64,000 bases of DNA, taken from Candidatus Latescibacterota bacterium (GTDB lineage Bacteria > Latescibacterota > UBA2968 > GCA-2709665). Below the pieces are notes generated by a model. It had not been told where the DNA came from and made no database searches. It saw nothing but the letters and a program-made list of their open reading frames with translations. A program made the translations under genes and the position numbers. The DNA lies in contig OZ244937.1 of the NCBI GenBank assembly GCA_965222075.1, positions 3,904,001-3,968,000 on the forward strand. Reading direction: 5' to 3'. Of this stretch, positions 37,098 to 47,089 are shown one piece after another. How positions within the stretch are numbered: position 1 is the first letter of the stretch; every line of letters starts with the position of its first letter.

Positions 37098-38567
37098 TCA
37101 GATCTCTTCAAACGGATACAACGGCCGCCGCCGGTGCCGATACGTAAGACTTCGCATATCGGCCGTGGTAGACCCCGGCGAATTCACCCGGATCAACGCA
37201 TTGCACACAGGCCCATACGCCGCAACCGGCGCGTGTACCCCCTTGGCCACCAGAACCTGGAACGCCGCCGGGTCCAGATCACAACTGATCATCAGCCCCA
37301 GGCTCACCGGCACCACCCGGCGTGACGTCAGACTGAAACTCAGCCCGGAATCCGTCTCAACAACGGCGGTCGGCCCCATATCGAACGCCGTCATTCCTCC
37401 GTGCCGCACCTCCGGCTCCCGGAACCGCCCGTCGTGCAGGCTGCGCACCTTCACCATAGCCTCCAGGGGCGGACCGTGCAAATCGTCCGTCTTCCCACCC
37501 ATCCTGAGCGCAACCCGGGCGCCTACACCCGCGACCCTTGCCTGCTGAACCGACTCGGCATCGAGCAAACAGACAAACCCCCGAATCCCACTGCGCCGGT
37601 GCATTTCGTGGGCGATCAGGGTACCGTCCGCTGCCGATCCTCCGCCCACGTTGTCTCCCATATCCAGCAGACAAACCGGCCCCTCCACCCGAAGCGCCTG
37701 GTCGACCGCCTCGGCAATCCCTGTGAACTGCCCTACGAATTCCTCGCGGTGGTCGCACAAATACCCGGCCATCTCATCAACCATCTGCCTGGCCAGTTCC
37801 GGATCGTCGTCCGTCACCCCAATCAGCGCCGACCCCATCTCCCCAACATCGGCATAGGGAAACCCCAGCACAACGCTGTTGGACAGAACGCCTGGTCGCG
37901 ACAGCCATTCGTCTGCCAACTCGTACATCGGCAGACAGGGCGGAGCCGAGGTCAACTGCCGCTCGATATTAATCGCAATAGGGGGAAAGGCGGCCGCCTG
38001 CACGGGTTTGATCTCGCCCCGAAGCGTCCGGACCATAATCCGGGCGGCCTCGATCCCGCGCTGTTTCTGGTCTAAGTGCGGATTGGACCGGTACGCGATC
38101 GTCGCATCGCACGCCTCGATCATGCGGGGTGACAGGTTGGCATGCGGGTCAATCGTGCAGATAATCGGCACGTCGAATCCAACCGTCCGACGCAAACGTG
38201 TCAGCCAGTACCCGTCCAGATCTCGATAGTCACCCTCCCCCACGTTCGCCCCATGCGGAGCCACCAGCACACCGTCCAGCCTCCCGGCCTCTTCGAGATT
38301 TGAAAACATGATGCGCATCAACGCATCGCAGGCCGCGTCCGTAATCGTCCCTGACGGCGCGGTGGAGGCATAGAAGATCGGCACGGCCTCGACCCCGGCC
38401 TCGTCCAGCTCCTGGAAAAAGCCGCTCACCTCGTGGTGCCCCTCCGCAAAAGCCTCATAAACCTCCTGCCCGCTTAGCAGATAACTTGCCCGGAACATAT
38501 CCAGAACCGTCGGCGTGCTGATAAAGGTATTGGATTCATGGATCAGCGAGATAATCCCAACACGCAT
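37098..38567 (-). CDS. M81 family metallopeptidase (MlrC-like)
   Basis: HESNTF, PHGA, DPHAN, YRSNPHLD, GDNVGGG, RRPLYPF. Confidence 0.92.
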   Translation of the reverse strand: MRVGIISLIHESNTFISTPTVLDMFRASYLLSGQEVYEAFAEGHHEVSGFFQELDEAGVEAVPIFYASTAPSGTITDAACDALMRIMFSNLEEAGRLDGVLVAPHGANVGEGDYRDLDGYWLTRLRRTVGFDVPIICTIDPHANLSPRMIEACDATIAYRSNPHLDQKQRGIEAARIMVRTLRGEIKPVQAAAFPPIAINIERQLTSAPPCLPMYELADEWLSRPGVLSNSVVLGFPYADVGEMGSALIGVTDDDPELARQMVDEMAGYLCDHREEFVGQFTGIAEAVDQALRVEGPVCLLDMGDNVGGGSAADGTLIAHEMHRRSGIRGFVCLLDAESVQQARVAGVGARVALRMGGKTDDLHGPPLEAMVKVRSLHDGRFREPEVRHGGMTAFDMGPTAVVETDSGLSFSLTSRRVVPVSLGLMISCDLDPAAFQVLVAKGVHAPVAAYGPVCNALIRVNSPGSTTADMRSLTYRHRRRPLYPFEEI

Positions 38568-38611
38568 GGCTCAACTCCATTGCAGATATGACTTCCTGAC
38601 ATCACAGGATC

Positions 38612-38917
38612 TCATCCTTCAAGACGCTTGGTTAACACGGAACAAAACTCACCCATTTCTTCATACCCCATATCAAAATAAATCGAACTGGCCGGGACAT
38701 TTCGGAGCCCGACTGAAATCAGGCTCTCAACCGCCCCCATCTCTTTGACATCCTTATGCCCACAGATTTACCAGAACCTTTCCGATCCCTCTCTTCCGGT
38801 AGGCCGGATCAACGCCCGGGCTAAAACCGGTCCTTCCATTTTTTGTCACCGTAACATATCCAACAAATCCAACGACCCGCTCCTGATCTACATCTACCGC
38901 AAGGATGACCGGCCAGC
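38612..38917 (-). pseudogene. Truncated, frameshifted GNAT acetyltransferase remnant
   Basis: WPVILAVD...VVGFVG...PGVDPAYRKRGIGKVLVNLWA* (TAA at 38754-38756), continuing after a +1 shift as KDVKEMGA...NVPASSIYFDMGYE...EG*; no 5' part. Confidence 0.8.
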
Positions 38918-38923
38918 ATGAAA

Positions 38924-40192
38924 TCACTCAATATACCCCAGGCTCCTCAGCCGGTCCTCCAGAACTTCTTTCTCCCTGGCGGTAACCTCCTGAGCCTGAA
39001 GGTCCAGGTAGCCGGAATGGTTCACAATATCGTGGTAAATGGCCCTGAAGGGCCGGGGATCTTCACACCGCACATCCTCGCCGCTCATCACATCGCGCAG
39101 CACGAAATCCCCGGTCTTCTCATCCTCCCGGTATAACCTCTGCCCGTCTGTAATCGTCCACATCCGGACCCCTTCAGAATACCTCTTGATCTCCTCATGA
39201 TCCACCGATACCCTGGACGTGACGCGGTTGTGCTTGAGCTGGAGGTTCTCCTGCTTGAGAAAGCCGGTCCCGTACAGACTGTCCAACTCGGACAATACCC
39301 AGCGGCCTTCAAACGCCTCCGCACCCCCCAGCAGATCCCGCCCATACCCTCTGTAATCCACCTCAAGCCCGGCCAGGTTCACAATCGTTGGAAACAGGTC
39401 GATTATCGAAAAAGGGCCGTCGGGGAACACCAGGCCCTCACGCTCGGGAATGTGGGCCAGGAGCGGGACATGCAGCACATTCTGGTGCAGAAAATCCCCA
39501 TGCGCCATCACCTCATCACAAAACCCCTCACCATGGTCTCCAAAGACAAACACCGCCCACTCATCTAACCCAACCCGCTTCAAAATTTCTACCAGAAGAA
39601 ACTCCTGCACGTGAACCACGGCAGCGTAGTAAAACCGCAGCACCTCCTCAACGCGCCCCTCATCCACCATCCCCTTTAAACTGGGCGCAGACGGAATCCC
39701 GCGCATCCCGTAGCCGCCGTGCGGATACCAGAAGTGCAGAAAGCAGAACTGAGGCGTGTCTTCGGGTGGAAACACCGTCCCGATCAGCTTCTCGAGCGAC
39801 CCGAGGTGTTGGTCCCGAACATCCGGATCGATCGGTCCGATGAAAGGCTCAAAATCCAAAAACCGAAACACATCCGGCCGCTCCGACCTCCCGGTAACGC
39901 AATAGCCCGCCTCCAGGAAAAGTTGAAACAGGTTGGGAATACCCTCAAACATCTTGAGGTACGTCTGCCCGTAAAGACCGTGTTCAAACGGGTACAGTCC
40001 GGTGAAAAGCGACGTGTGGGTCGGCCGTGTCGCGGGCGCCGGCACAAAAAAACGTTCGGCAAACGAGAAATCTTTCGTCAGCAGATCGAACTTCGGCGTA
40101 TTGAACCTCGGATTCGTCCTGCTCAGCGCATCGTACCGCCAGGTATCGATAGAAAGCAGCAGAAATTTGGTAATCTGACGCCCCACGTTCAC
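38924..40192 (-). CDS. Sulfatase-like / alkaline phosphatase superfamily hydrolase
   Basis: SIDTWRYD, ATRPTHTSLFTG, FGDHGE, HVPL, C-terminal RLRSLGYI. Confidence 0.85.
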   Translation of the reverse strand: MNVGRQITKFLLLSIDTWRYDALSRTNPRFNTPKFDLLTKDFSFAERFFVPAPATRPTHTSLFTGLYPFEHGLYGQTYLKMFEGIPNLFQLFLEAGYCVTGRSERPDVFRFLDFEPFIGPIDPDVRDQHLGSLEKLIGTVFPPEDTPQFCFLHFWYPHGGYGMRGIPSAPSLKGMVDEGRVEEVLRFYYAAVVHVQEFLLVEILKRVGLDEWAVFVFGDHGEGFCDEVMAHGDFLHQNVLHVPLLAHIPEREGLVFPDGPFSIIDLFPTIVNLAGLEVDYRGYGRDLLGGAEAFEGRWVLSELDSLYGTGFLKQENLQLKHNRVTSRVSVDHEEIKRYSEGVRMWTITDGQRLYREDEKTGDFVLRDVMSGEDVRCEDPRPFRAIYHDIVNHSGYLDLQAQEVTAREKEVLEDRLRSLGYIE

Positions 40193-40224
40193 CCCCCACC
40201 GTTTGACACAGTCGCACCCACCTC

Positions 40225-42039
40225 TCAGAAAATCTTCGCCTCCAGCAGCCGGTGCCCGGAGGAAAAATAGATCTTCTCCCCCACAATCGGACCCGCCGCA
40301 GTGTGCCCCTTGAGTCGCTCACCAAATCGAACGACCTCCTCCACCGCCAGTGACTCCGGATGCAGCCGGTAGATGCAGAGAGGCGTAAGCCCGTAAATCT
40401 TCCCATCCGGTCCGTTCTGCAGCCCGCTGTCCACCGGCCCTCCTTCGGGAGCGGCTGTTCGATCCCCGAACTCGCGGGACCTGGGATCGAACACAAAAAT
40501 CTCGGGCGGATCATCTCCGCCCCGAACCGTTCCGTACAGCCGCCCGTCCGGACCGGTCAAAAGCGCGTTGAACACCAACACCGGACGGTCCAGCGTCCCT
40601 TCCCAGACCTTTTCTTCCCTCTCGTAATCAAACAAGAACAGCACCGCCTGCTCCACCTTCGGCTGCGTCCCGCTACCCCCGGCGATATTCGTCCCCACCG
40701 CGATCAATCCTTCCGCTTCCAGGTGCGCCAGCGTATAGCAGCTCCCGTCCCCGAAGATCCGGTAGTACGCCTTCTTCTCCTCCGTGCCGGGATCGTAATA
40801 AGAAAGCGGTCCTCCCCACATCCCGTAGTCCGGAATCGACGCCAGCCAGACCTTCCCTCCCGGGCCGGTCAGTGTGGACCGGGGCCGGTAGGAAATATCG
40901 TCTACCCGCCCGATATCGCGTGGATTTGAACCGGGCTCCTCGCCAAAATGGTAGGCCTGGGAAGGGTCGTAAATGGAAATCTTGGCACCGGGATACGAAC
41001 AGATATAGAGCTTCCCGTCTAAGTTGCCCATCGAATAGGCTTCGCCCGTAGAAGTGGAACAGATCCCCAGATCGATCAGTTCACCATCGTTCGGATTGTA
41101 GCGAAACAGGCGTTCGGGCAGCACGCTCGAACCGTACACACAACCATCCGGCCCCCTGTGCATACAAAAAATGTCCGTTCCGGCCGCTTCGTAGTCCAGC
41201 TCGAACGTCTGAACCGTTCCGTCCGGTTTGGTCACCTCAAGGATGCGGCAGATGTGCTCTTTGGCATCTGCAAAAGCGAACGTGCTCCCATCGGCAAGCG
41301 TCGGCGTCGTATCGTGCGCAGACACCGTCTCATCCACCGGCACCGCCTCGGTCCCTTCAATAAGAAAATTCCCCTGGCTTGAATCGATATACAGCTTACC
41401 GTCCCCTCCCCGGTGCAAACTCAGCGTCCCTTCGCCCCTGGTCACCACCGGCCCTACCGTCTGTTTTTCACCCGTATTGGGGTCCAGCACCACCACGTGC
41501 GGCCGGGTCTGCACAATCATACAGGCGACCGTATCGTCCGTGTTCACATAACAGTAAGCATACATATCTACGTCGTCCATCCGCCCGTAGCGTGTAAACT
41601 CTCCCGTCTCCGGATCGAAGCTCGTCAGATCCGCCGTCCCGTAACTGCTGATCCAGATTAGCCCCTTCGAGTCCTCGTCAATCCGGCAGGGAAAAACCGC
41701 GCCCCCGGAGTTGATTGTTCCGAAATTCACCAGATCGTCTGCGTCCGGATCAAAACAGTAGAGCTGTCCCGAATCGGCCGCCCCGATGTAGAGCCGCCCG
41801 TTTCGGGCCTGATACACGGCCGTCGTGTAGTTGGACTCCGGCACATCGGCCATAAACTGGCGGCATTCCCCGGTTTGCGGATCGATCTGCAAAACGAAAA
41901 AATTGTCCGCCTGCTGCGACATCGTCGCATACAAACACGGCTCGCCCGCACCGTTGCGCCCCGCATAAAGACTCGCCCGGTTCACCGCCCGCACCGGAAT
42001 CCCCACCTCCCGAATTCGAGCATCCTGTGTCTCTGCCAT
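40225..42039 (-). CDS. Hypothetical beta-propeller protein
   Basis: Repeated GPDGxxYG and FxYDP blade motifs; 604 aa. Confidence 0.75.
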   Translation of the reverse strand: MAETQDARIREVGIPVRAVNRASLYAGRNGAGEPCLYATMSQQADNFFVLQIDPQTGECRQFMADVPESNYTTAVYQARNGRLYIGAADSGQLYCFDPDADDLVNFGTINSGGAVFPCRIDEDSKGLIWISSYGTADLTSFDPETGEFTRYGRMDDVDMYAYCYVNTDDTVACMIVQTRPHVVVLDPNTGEKQTVGPVVTRGEGTLSLHRGGDGKLYIDSSQGNFLIEGTEAVPVDETVSAHDTTPTLADGSTFAFADAKEHICRILEVTKPDGTVQTFELDYEAAGTDIFCMHRGPDGCVYGSSVLPERLFRYNPNDGELIDLGICSTSTGEAYSMGNLDGKLYICSYPGAKISIYDPSQAYHFGEEPGSNPRDIGRVDDISYRPRSTLTGPGGKVWLASIPDYGMWGGPLSYYDPGTEEKKAYYRIFGDGSCYTLAHLEAEGLIAVGTNIAGGSGTQPKVEQAVLFLFDYEREEKVWEGTLDRPVLVFNALLTGPDGRLYGTVRGGDDPPEIFVFDPRSREFGDRTAAPEGGPVDSGLQNGPDGKIYGLTPLCIYRLHPESLAVEEVVRFGERLKGHTAAGPIVGEKIYFSSGHRLLEAKIF

Positions 42040-42107
42040 TGGTTCTCCCTCCTGTTCGGCTTTCTCTCATGCCCCGCTCCGTCCAATGCCAATGAAGGTC
42101 TCCACTT

Positions 42108-42782
42108 TCAGAGAATCCCGTACTTATTATACACCTCCCGCAGGGATTTCCCCTCCAGCAGTTCTTTGCGGGTCTTCGACTCCCCTTCCACCTTCTCACG
42201 CGCCGCCTCCAGCACCTCCTGTTCAACCTGCTTCGGAACAACCACCACGCCATCGTAGTCGGCCACAACCAAGTCGCCCGGCTCCACCCGCACGCCGCCG
42301 CACACCACCGGCCTGTCGCAGGCCTCCACCCGGGCGCGCCCCTTGGAATCTACCGGCCGAATCCCGGTATAGAAAACGGGGAACTCCTGCTCGGTAATCT
42401 TCAGCGTATCCCGGACATTGCTGTCGCACACACAGCCCACTGCCCCGCGCAGCCGCGCCACATGGGTCATCAATTCGCCCCAGGGCGCGCTACTGCCCGC
42501 GTGATCGGTCGAATGCACCACCACATCGCCGGGGCCCAGCGAATCCATAAACTCAATCTCCAGCCCGTACGGATCTTCCTCCACCACATAATGCGTCTCC
42601 ATCCAACACACCGTACGCGCCCTCCCCACAAAACCGCAGTTCTCACGATTCGGCAGCAGCGGCCGCAGCCGGCTGTGCATCGCCTGCTCTGGATAACCCG
42701 CCGCATCCAGCGCATCACAAACCACAGCCGTATACAGGTGTCGCTTAACGTAATCGAACATTTCCTGATCCGTCTCGAACAT
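42108..42782 (-). CDS. RraA/HMG aldolase family protein
   Basis: VCDALD, APWGELM, VRD, PGDLVVADYDGVVVVP. Confidence 0.9.
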   Translation of the reverse strand: MFETDQEMFDYVKRHLYTAVVCDALDAAGYPEQAMHSRLRPLLPNRENCGFVGRARTVCWMETHYVVEEDPYGLEIEFMDSLGPGDVVVHSTDHAGSSAPWGELMTHVARLRGAVGCVCDSNVRDTLKITEQEFPVFYTGIRPVDSKGRARVEACDRPVVCGGVRVEPGDLVVADYDGVVVVPKQVEQEVLEAAREKVEGESKTRKELLEGKSLREVYNKYGIL

Positions 42783-42827
42783 ACGCCCCAGCCCTTCCTA
42801 TTTGTGCTTATACCTGTTCATCTGTGG

Positions 42828-44465
42828 TTAAATCGGACATGCAATATCCCCCAGCCGCTCCGTCAAAAGCGCGTTCTCCCGGTAATCGATCGGAATCACC
42901 ACCAGGCTCGGCCCCACTTCCTCAAATGCGCCCTTCAGCACGCCGGCCAGATCCCGGCTGTTTTCAACCCGGTGTCCGTTCCATCCGAATGCCTGCGCCA
43001 GCTGTACCCAATCCGGATCCGTGTGGCGCCCGAACTCGTTCGTCTGTTTCCACGCAATCAACCCGTACGAATGGTCCTCCCACACCATCACCACGATATC
43101 CGTATTCAACCGGCGGGCGGTCTCCATCTCCTGCACATTCATCATAAAGCCCGCGTCTCCGCAAATCGCCAGAATCCGCCTGTCGGGGTGGACCAGGTGA
43201 GCGGCGATCGCACCGGGCAGCGCGAACCCCATCGAACAGAACCCGTTCGGAATCAGGCAGGTATTCGGTTCGTGACACTGGTAGTGTCGTGCGATCCACA
43301 TCTTGTGCGCGCCCACATCGGACAGCAGGATATCATCGGGTTCCATCACCTCCCGCACGTCCCACAACGCCTTCTGCGGCCGGATGCTGCCTTCGGTATC
43401 GTCCTCCCTGTGCTCGGCCAGTTCCTCCGCCATCTCGCGCCTCACGGCCGCCTGCTGCGACGTATCGAACCTCAACCCGCTTGCAGCGTCCACTCGTTCG
43501 TTCAGCATCCACAGCGTATGCGCCAGATCGCCCACAACCTCCTTTTCGGGATGGTAGTGCGCGTCGATCTCGGTCGGAAGAAAATCGGCATGGATAATGG
43601 TCTTCCCCCCATCCGCGTTCCACAGGCGGGGATGATACTCCACCATATCGTAGCCCAGCGTAATCACCAGATCGGATGCGTCAATCGCACAGGCCACCAC
43701 ATCCTTGGCCTGGAGGCCGATCGTGTAGAGGCAGTAATCGGCGTCCCTGTCCACGCACCCTTTGGCCATAAACGTACTGATCACCCCGATGCCCGTCTTT
43801 TCGCAAAAGATGCGTAGCTGCTTGCTCGCCCGCTTCCGGATGCACCCGTTCCCCGCAAGAATAACCGGCCGCCTGGCCTGTTTGATCAGTTCAAAGGCCT
43901 GGTCCACGATCTTGTCGTCCGGCACCGGCCGCCGAAAGCGGCGCGGCTCCAGAGGCGCCATCCCGGTATCCAGCTTGGCAATGTCTTCGGGCAGCTCCAC
44001 GTGGCAGGCGCCTGGCTTTTCGGTGCGGGCGAGGCGCACGGCCTTCCGGACAATCTCCGGAATATTGTCCGGATGCAGAACCGTCATCGCCCACTTGGTC
44101 ACAGGGGCGAACATCGCCACCACATCCATCACCTGGTGGGATTCTTTGTGCAGGCGGGTGGACGCGCCCTGGCCGGTGATCACCAGCATCGGCGCCCGGT
44201 CCATATTCGCGTCGGCCACGCCCGTAATCAGGTTCGCCGCACCCGGACCGAGCGTGCCCAAGCATCCGGCCGGGTTCCCGGTCAGCCGCCCGTAAACCTC
44301 TGCCATAAACGCTGCGCCCTGCTCGTGGCGCGTCAGGATGAATTTGATCTGCTCTGACCGCTCCAGCGACATCATAAAGTCGGCATTCTCCTCACCCGGC
44401 ACCCCAAAGATGTACTCGGTGCCCTCGACTTCAAGACATTTGACGAACAGGTCGGAAGCCTTCAT
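42828..44465 (-). CDS. Acetolactate synthase large subunit-like ThDP enzyme
   Basis: FGVPGEEN, RHEQGAAFMA, TLGPGA, GFCSMGFALPGA, GDAGFMMN. Confidence 0.92.
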   Translation of the reverse strand: MKASDLFVKCLEVEGTEYIFGVPGEENADFMMSLERSEQIKFILTRHEQGAAFMAEVYGRLTGNPAGCLGTLGPGAANLITGVADANMDRAPMLVITGQGASTRLHKESHQVMDVVAMFAPVTKWAMTVLHPDNIPEIVRKAVRLARTEKPGACHVELPEDIAKLDTGMAPLEPRRFRRPVPDDKIVDQAFELIKQARRPVILAGNGCIRKRASKQLRIFCEKTGIGVISTFMAKGCVDRDADYCLYTIGLQAKDVVACAIDASDLVITLGYDMVEYHPRLWNADGGKTIIHADFLPTEIDAHYHPEKEVVGDLAHTLWMLNERVDAASGLRFDTSQQAAVRREMAEELAEHREDDTEGSIRPQKALWDVREVMEPDDILLSDVGAHKMWIARHYQCHEPNTCLIPNGFCSMGFALPGAIAAHLVHPDRRILAICGDAGFMMNVQEMETARRLNTDIVVMVWEDHSYGLIAWKQTNEFGRHTDPDWVQLAQAFGWNGHRVENSRDLAGVLKGAFEEVGPSLVVIPIDYRENALLTERLGDIACPI

Positions 44466-44478
44466 ACGGCACACCTCC

Positions 44479-44883
44479 TTACGCGTCCTTCTCATCGTCT
44501 AATTTCAGCGCAGCCGAATTCATACAGTACCGAAGCCCCGTCGGCTGCGGTCCGTCGTCAAACACATGTCCAAGGTGCGCATCGCACCGGGCGCACCTGA
44601 CTTCGGTCCTGACCATACCGTAACTCGCATCGGTGGCCGTCTCAACACTTTCCTCCGAAATCGGCTCCCAGAAACTCGGCCACCCGGTGCCCGAATCGTA
44701 CTTTGTATCTGAACCGAACAATTCATTTCCGCAGCACACGCACAGATAAATTCCTTCCTCCTTGGAGTTGTAGTACCGACCCGTGAACGCCCGTTCGGTT
44801 CCGCCCCTCCGCGTCACCTCATACTGCTCCGGCGTCAACTGTTCACGCCACGCTTCATCGGTCTTTTTGATCTTTTCAGCCAT
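44479..44883 (-). CDS. msrB: Peptide-methionine (R)-S-oxide reductase
   Basis: [34 protein letters not shown]. Confidence 0.97.
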   Translation of the reverse strand: MAEKIKKTDEAWREQLTPEQYEVTRRGGTERAFTGRYYNSKEEGIYLCVCCGNELFGSDTKYDSGTGWPSFWEPISEESVETATDASYGMVRTEVRCARCDAHLGHVFDDGPQPTGLRYCMNSAALKLDDEKDA

Positions 44884-44924
44884 GGCTGTCCCTTTTGGTT
44901 TAGAACCTGACCGTCTGGCTCTTC

Positions 44925-45587
44925 CTATTGACCCTCCTGCAATTTCTTGACGTCCACAGACTCAACCAGCAGATAGTGCCCGGGCAGCGCCTTGGCCTTT
45001 ACCACCACATCCTTAAAATGGTAGCCCTTGCCCAGAAAGACATCTCTGGCGTTTCCGAACTGGAGATAATGGTAGATCTTGCCGTCGGATGCCTCAAGGT
45101 GATGCAGGTGCCCCAGCTTGCAGCTGTGCGGCAGGGAGGCCACGTTTAAACCGCATTGGCACTTATTCTTGCCGGTCAGGCTGACGGGCTGCCCCTGCTC
45201 CTTCTGATACCCTTCCAGATCGACATCGGGCGCTTCTTTCAACCGCTCTAACTTATCGATATGCAGCAGCGACCCGGAAACCAGCAGTCTGCCCGTCAAT
45301 TTGACCCCACTGCCTGGAACAATCCCTTTCAGGTGGGCCGCATTCTCCGGCGTCTCTAAGAAAGCGTACACCCCTGATAAAGTAACCAGTGCGCGCCCGG
45401 ATGTCTCGTCTTTTGGGTCGCGAAAATCCTCGGAAGCGGTCTTCTGCGCAGCCTCAAAAAAGGCGTGAATATCAACCACAATACCTTCTTCCTCAAAGGA
45501 CGTCACGCCCTCTTCCGACTTCGACATCGACAGGCCGGTCAGACAGACCAGAACCAGAACACTCATGCCATATGTGCGAATACCCAT
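44925..45587 (-). CDS. Hypothetical exported protein with Cys/His cluster
   Basis: Signal-peptide-like N-terminus; KCQCGL...[11 protein letters not shown]; AGGAGG RBS. Confidence 0.7.
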   Translation of the reverse strand: MGIRTYGMSVLVLVCLTGLSMSKSEEGVTSFEEEGIVVDIHAFFEAAQKTASEDFRDPKDETSGRALVTLSGVYAFLETPENAAHLKGIVPGSGVKLTGRLLVSGSLLHIDKLERLKEAPDVDLEGYQKEQGQPVSLTGKNKCQCGLNVASLPHSCKLGHLHHLEASDGKIYHYLQFGNARDVFLGKGYHFKDVVVKAKALPGHYLLVESVDVKKLQEGQ

Positions 45588-45663
45588 CTTATATCCTCCT
45601 TGAATTCGTGTGGACTGCCATCTACCCTCCGTGTAACTCCATTGGGACACACAGAACCTCTTT

Positions 45664-46977
45664 TCATATAATCCCCTTGGCTTTGAACGCCTCCAGCGTC
45701 CGTTTTACGATCTCCTCCATCCCCGGGGCCAGTCGGGAAGGGGAGCCGTACTCCGGATAGGCCGTCACCTCGTATCCCCCTTCCGGAAGCTGGCGGGTAA
45801 CGGGCAGGTACATTGCCTCGCCGTTGGCATACCCCAGCGGGAACGTTACCCCCCCGTCGTAGAAATCCAGAATATTCAGCCCGTGTTCGGCAACCGGTTC
45901 GCCTTCGATCGCCACCATGCGCTGCCCCTCGCCCAGTTGAATCCCCTGCATAATCACCGGCGCGGCCGTGCGCAGTGTCTGGCCCCGCTTGAGCAACTCC
46001 AGTTGCCGGGCGCCCCACAACTCGTAGACCCCCTGCTCGGAAGGCGGCGCACCCGGCGTCAGACGTTCGGCCAGCGCCTCGAATTCGCGCCGGTCGGCCG
46101 GCTCCAGCGGCCAGTGCGTCTCTACCAGCGCCGTACAAAGCCGCGGCTCGAACGTCCGGAGTCCATTCTCAAGCAACCGGATCACCTCATCCCCCAGCAT
46201 CGCGCCCACCTTTGCCACCACGTCCCAGTCGTTGCTCAACCAGGCATCGCGGCCCTCGCCGGCCACGCTGGTCTTTCCGTCTCCACCGCACCCCTGCAGA
46301 AACATGCTGCACTCCGCCTTTAGGTACGCATCCACCCGGTCGGTCGCCACGCCCGGATACTCGGCCGAAATCGCAGTACCGCTCACGATTGAAGGATGGG
46401 CCGAAATCGAAAACAGACACGCAACCGGCTGGTCGTCTTCACCTTTCAGCAGACAGACGGGCAGCGCGTCGCATACGATCCCGTCCGGGTTAGGCCGGTT
46501 CTCAATCTTTCCGTTCTCCACCCGCCGCCGCCGGTTCATCGGCACCTTCGAGCGCCCCATACCGGCCCACAGGCTCACCTTGCGGGCGTCCTCCACCGCC
46601 GACGTCACCGCCTGCACCACCGCTGCCTCCAGCTCTCTCAGATAGAGATGTTGCGGCGGCAGATAATCTCCGTACGCCCAGTACCCCGACGCAGGCCCCA
46701 CATGGCTGTGAGACGCGGCGAGCATCACCTGCCGGGGTGTCAGGTCCAGCAGCCGGCCGATAACCCCCTTGTACCGGTCGGAATCCTCCCGGCCGATAAA
46801 GCACATATCGAAAGTCATAATCACGGCCTGCTCGCCACCGTGCGACAGATACAGCGCCCGCACGAAAATATCGTCCCGCACCGACTCACACCCCACCCCG
46901 CGGTCCCGGCTCCCGAACCCCATCATCCGCGTCCCCGGAGGCGGCGTCATGCAAACCTTTGAAAACCCGGCATCCAT
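45664..46977 (-). CDS. Neutral/alkaline ceramidase-like N-terminal domain protein
   Basis: MTPP.G..MMGF..R, VRAL, SHSHVGP, ISAEYPG, QGCGGD, GYAN, EGGYE. Confidence 0.8.
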   Translation of the reverse strand: MDAGFSKVCMTPPPGTRMMGFGSRDRGVGCESVRDDIFVRALYLSHGGEQAVIMTFDMCFIGREDSDRYKGVIGRLLDLTPRQVMLAASHSHVGPASGYWAYGDYLPPQHLYLRELEAAVVQAVTSAVEDARKVSLWAGMGRSKVPMNRRRRVENGKIENRPNPDGIVCDALPVCLLKGEDDQPVACLFSISAHPSIVSGTAISAEYPGVATDRVDAYLKAECSMFLQGCGGDGKTSVAGEGRDAWLSNDWDVVAKVGAMLGDEVIRLLENGLRTFEPRLCTALVETHWPLEPADRREFEALAERLTPGAPPSEQGVYELWGARQLELLKRGQTLRTAAPVIMQGIQLGEGQRMVAIEGEPVAEHGLNILDFYDGGVTFPLGYANGEAMYLPVTRQLPEGGYEVTAYPEYGSPSRLAPGMEEIVKRTLEAFKAKGII

Positions 46978-47000
46978 AGTGGCGCGTCCTTTGTGATAGA

Positions 47001-47064
47001 AGCCTCAGCGCACCTCCAGCAATTCCACCTCAAAAATCAGCCTCAGCGCACCTCCAGCAATTCC
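47001..47064. repeat. 26-bp direct repeat, two copies
   Basis: AGCCTCAGCGCACCTCCAGCAATTCC at 47001-47026 and 47039-47064. Confidence 0.9.
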
Positions 47065-47089
47065 CCTTTTGTGTGACTACGTGTCCTCT

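Noticed and set aside
47001-47064. CRISPR array
   Set aside because: Only two repeats, a 12-bp spacer, no palindrome and no cas genes
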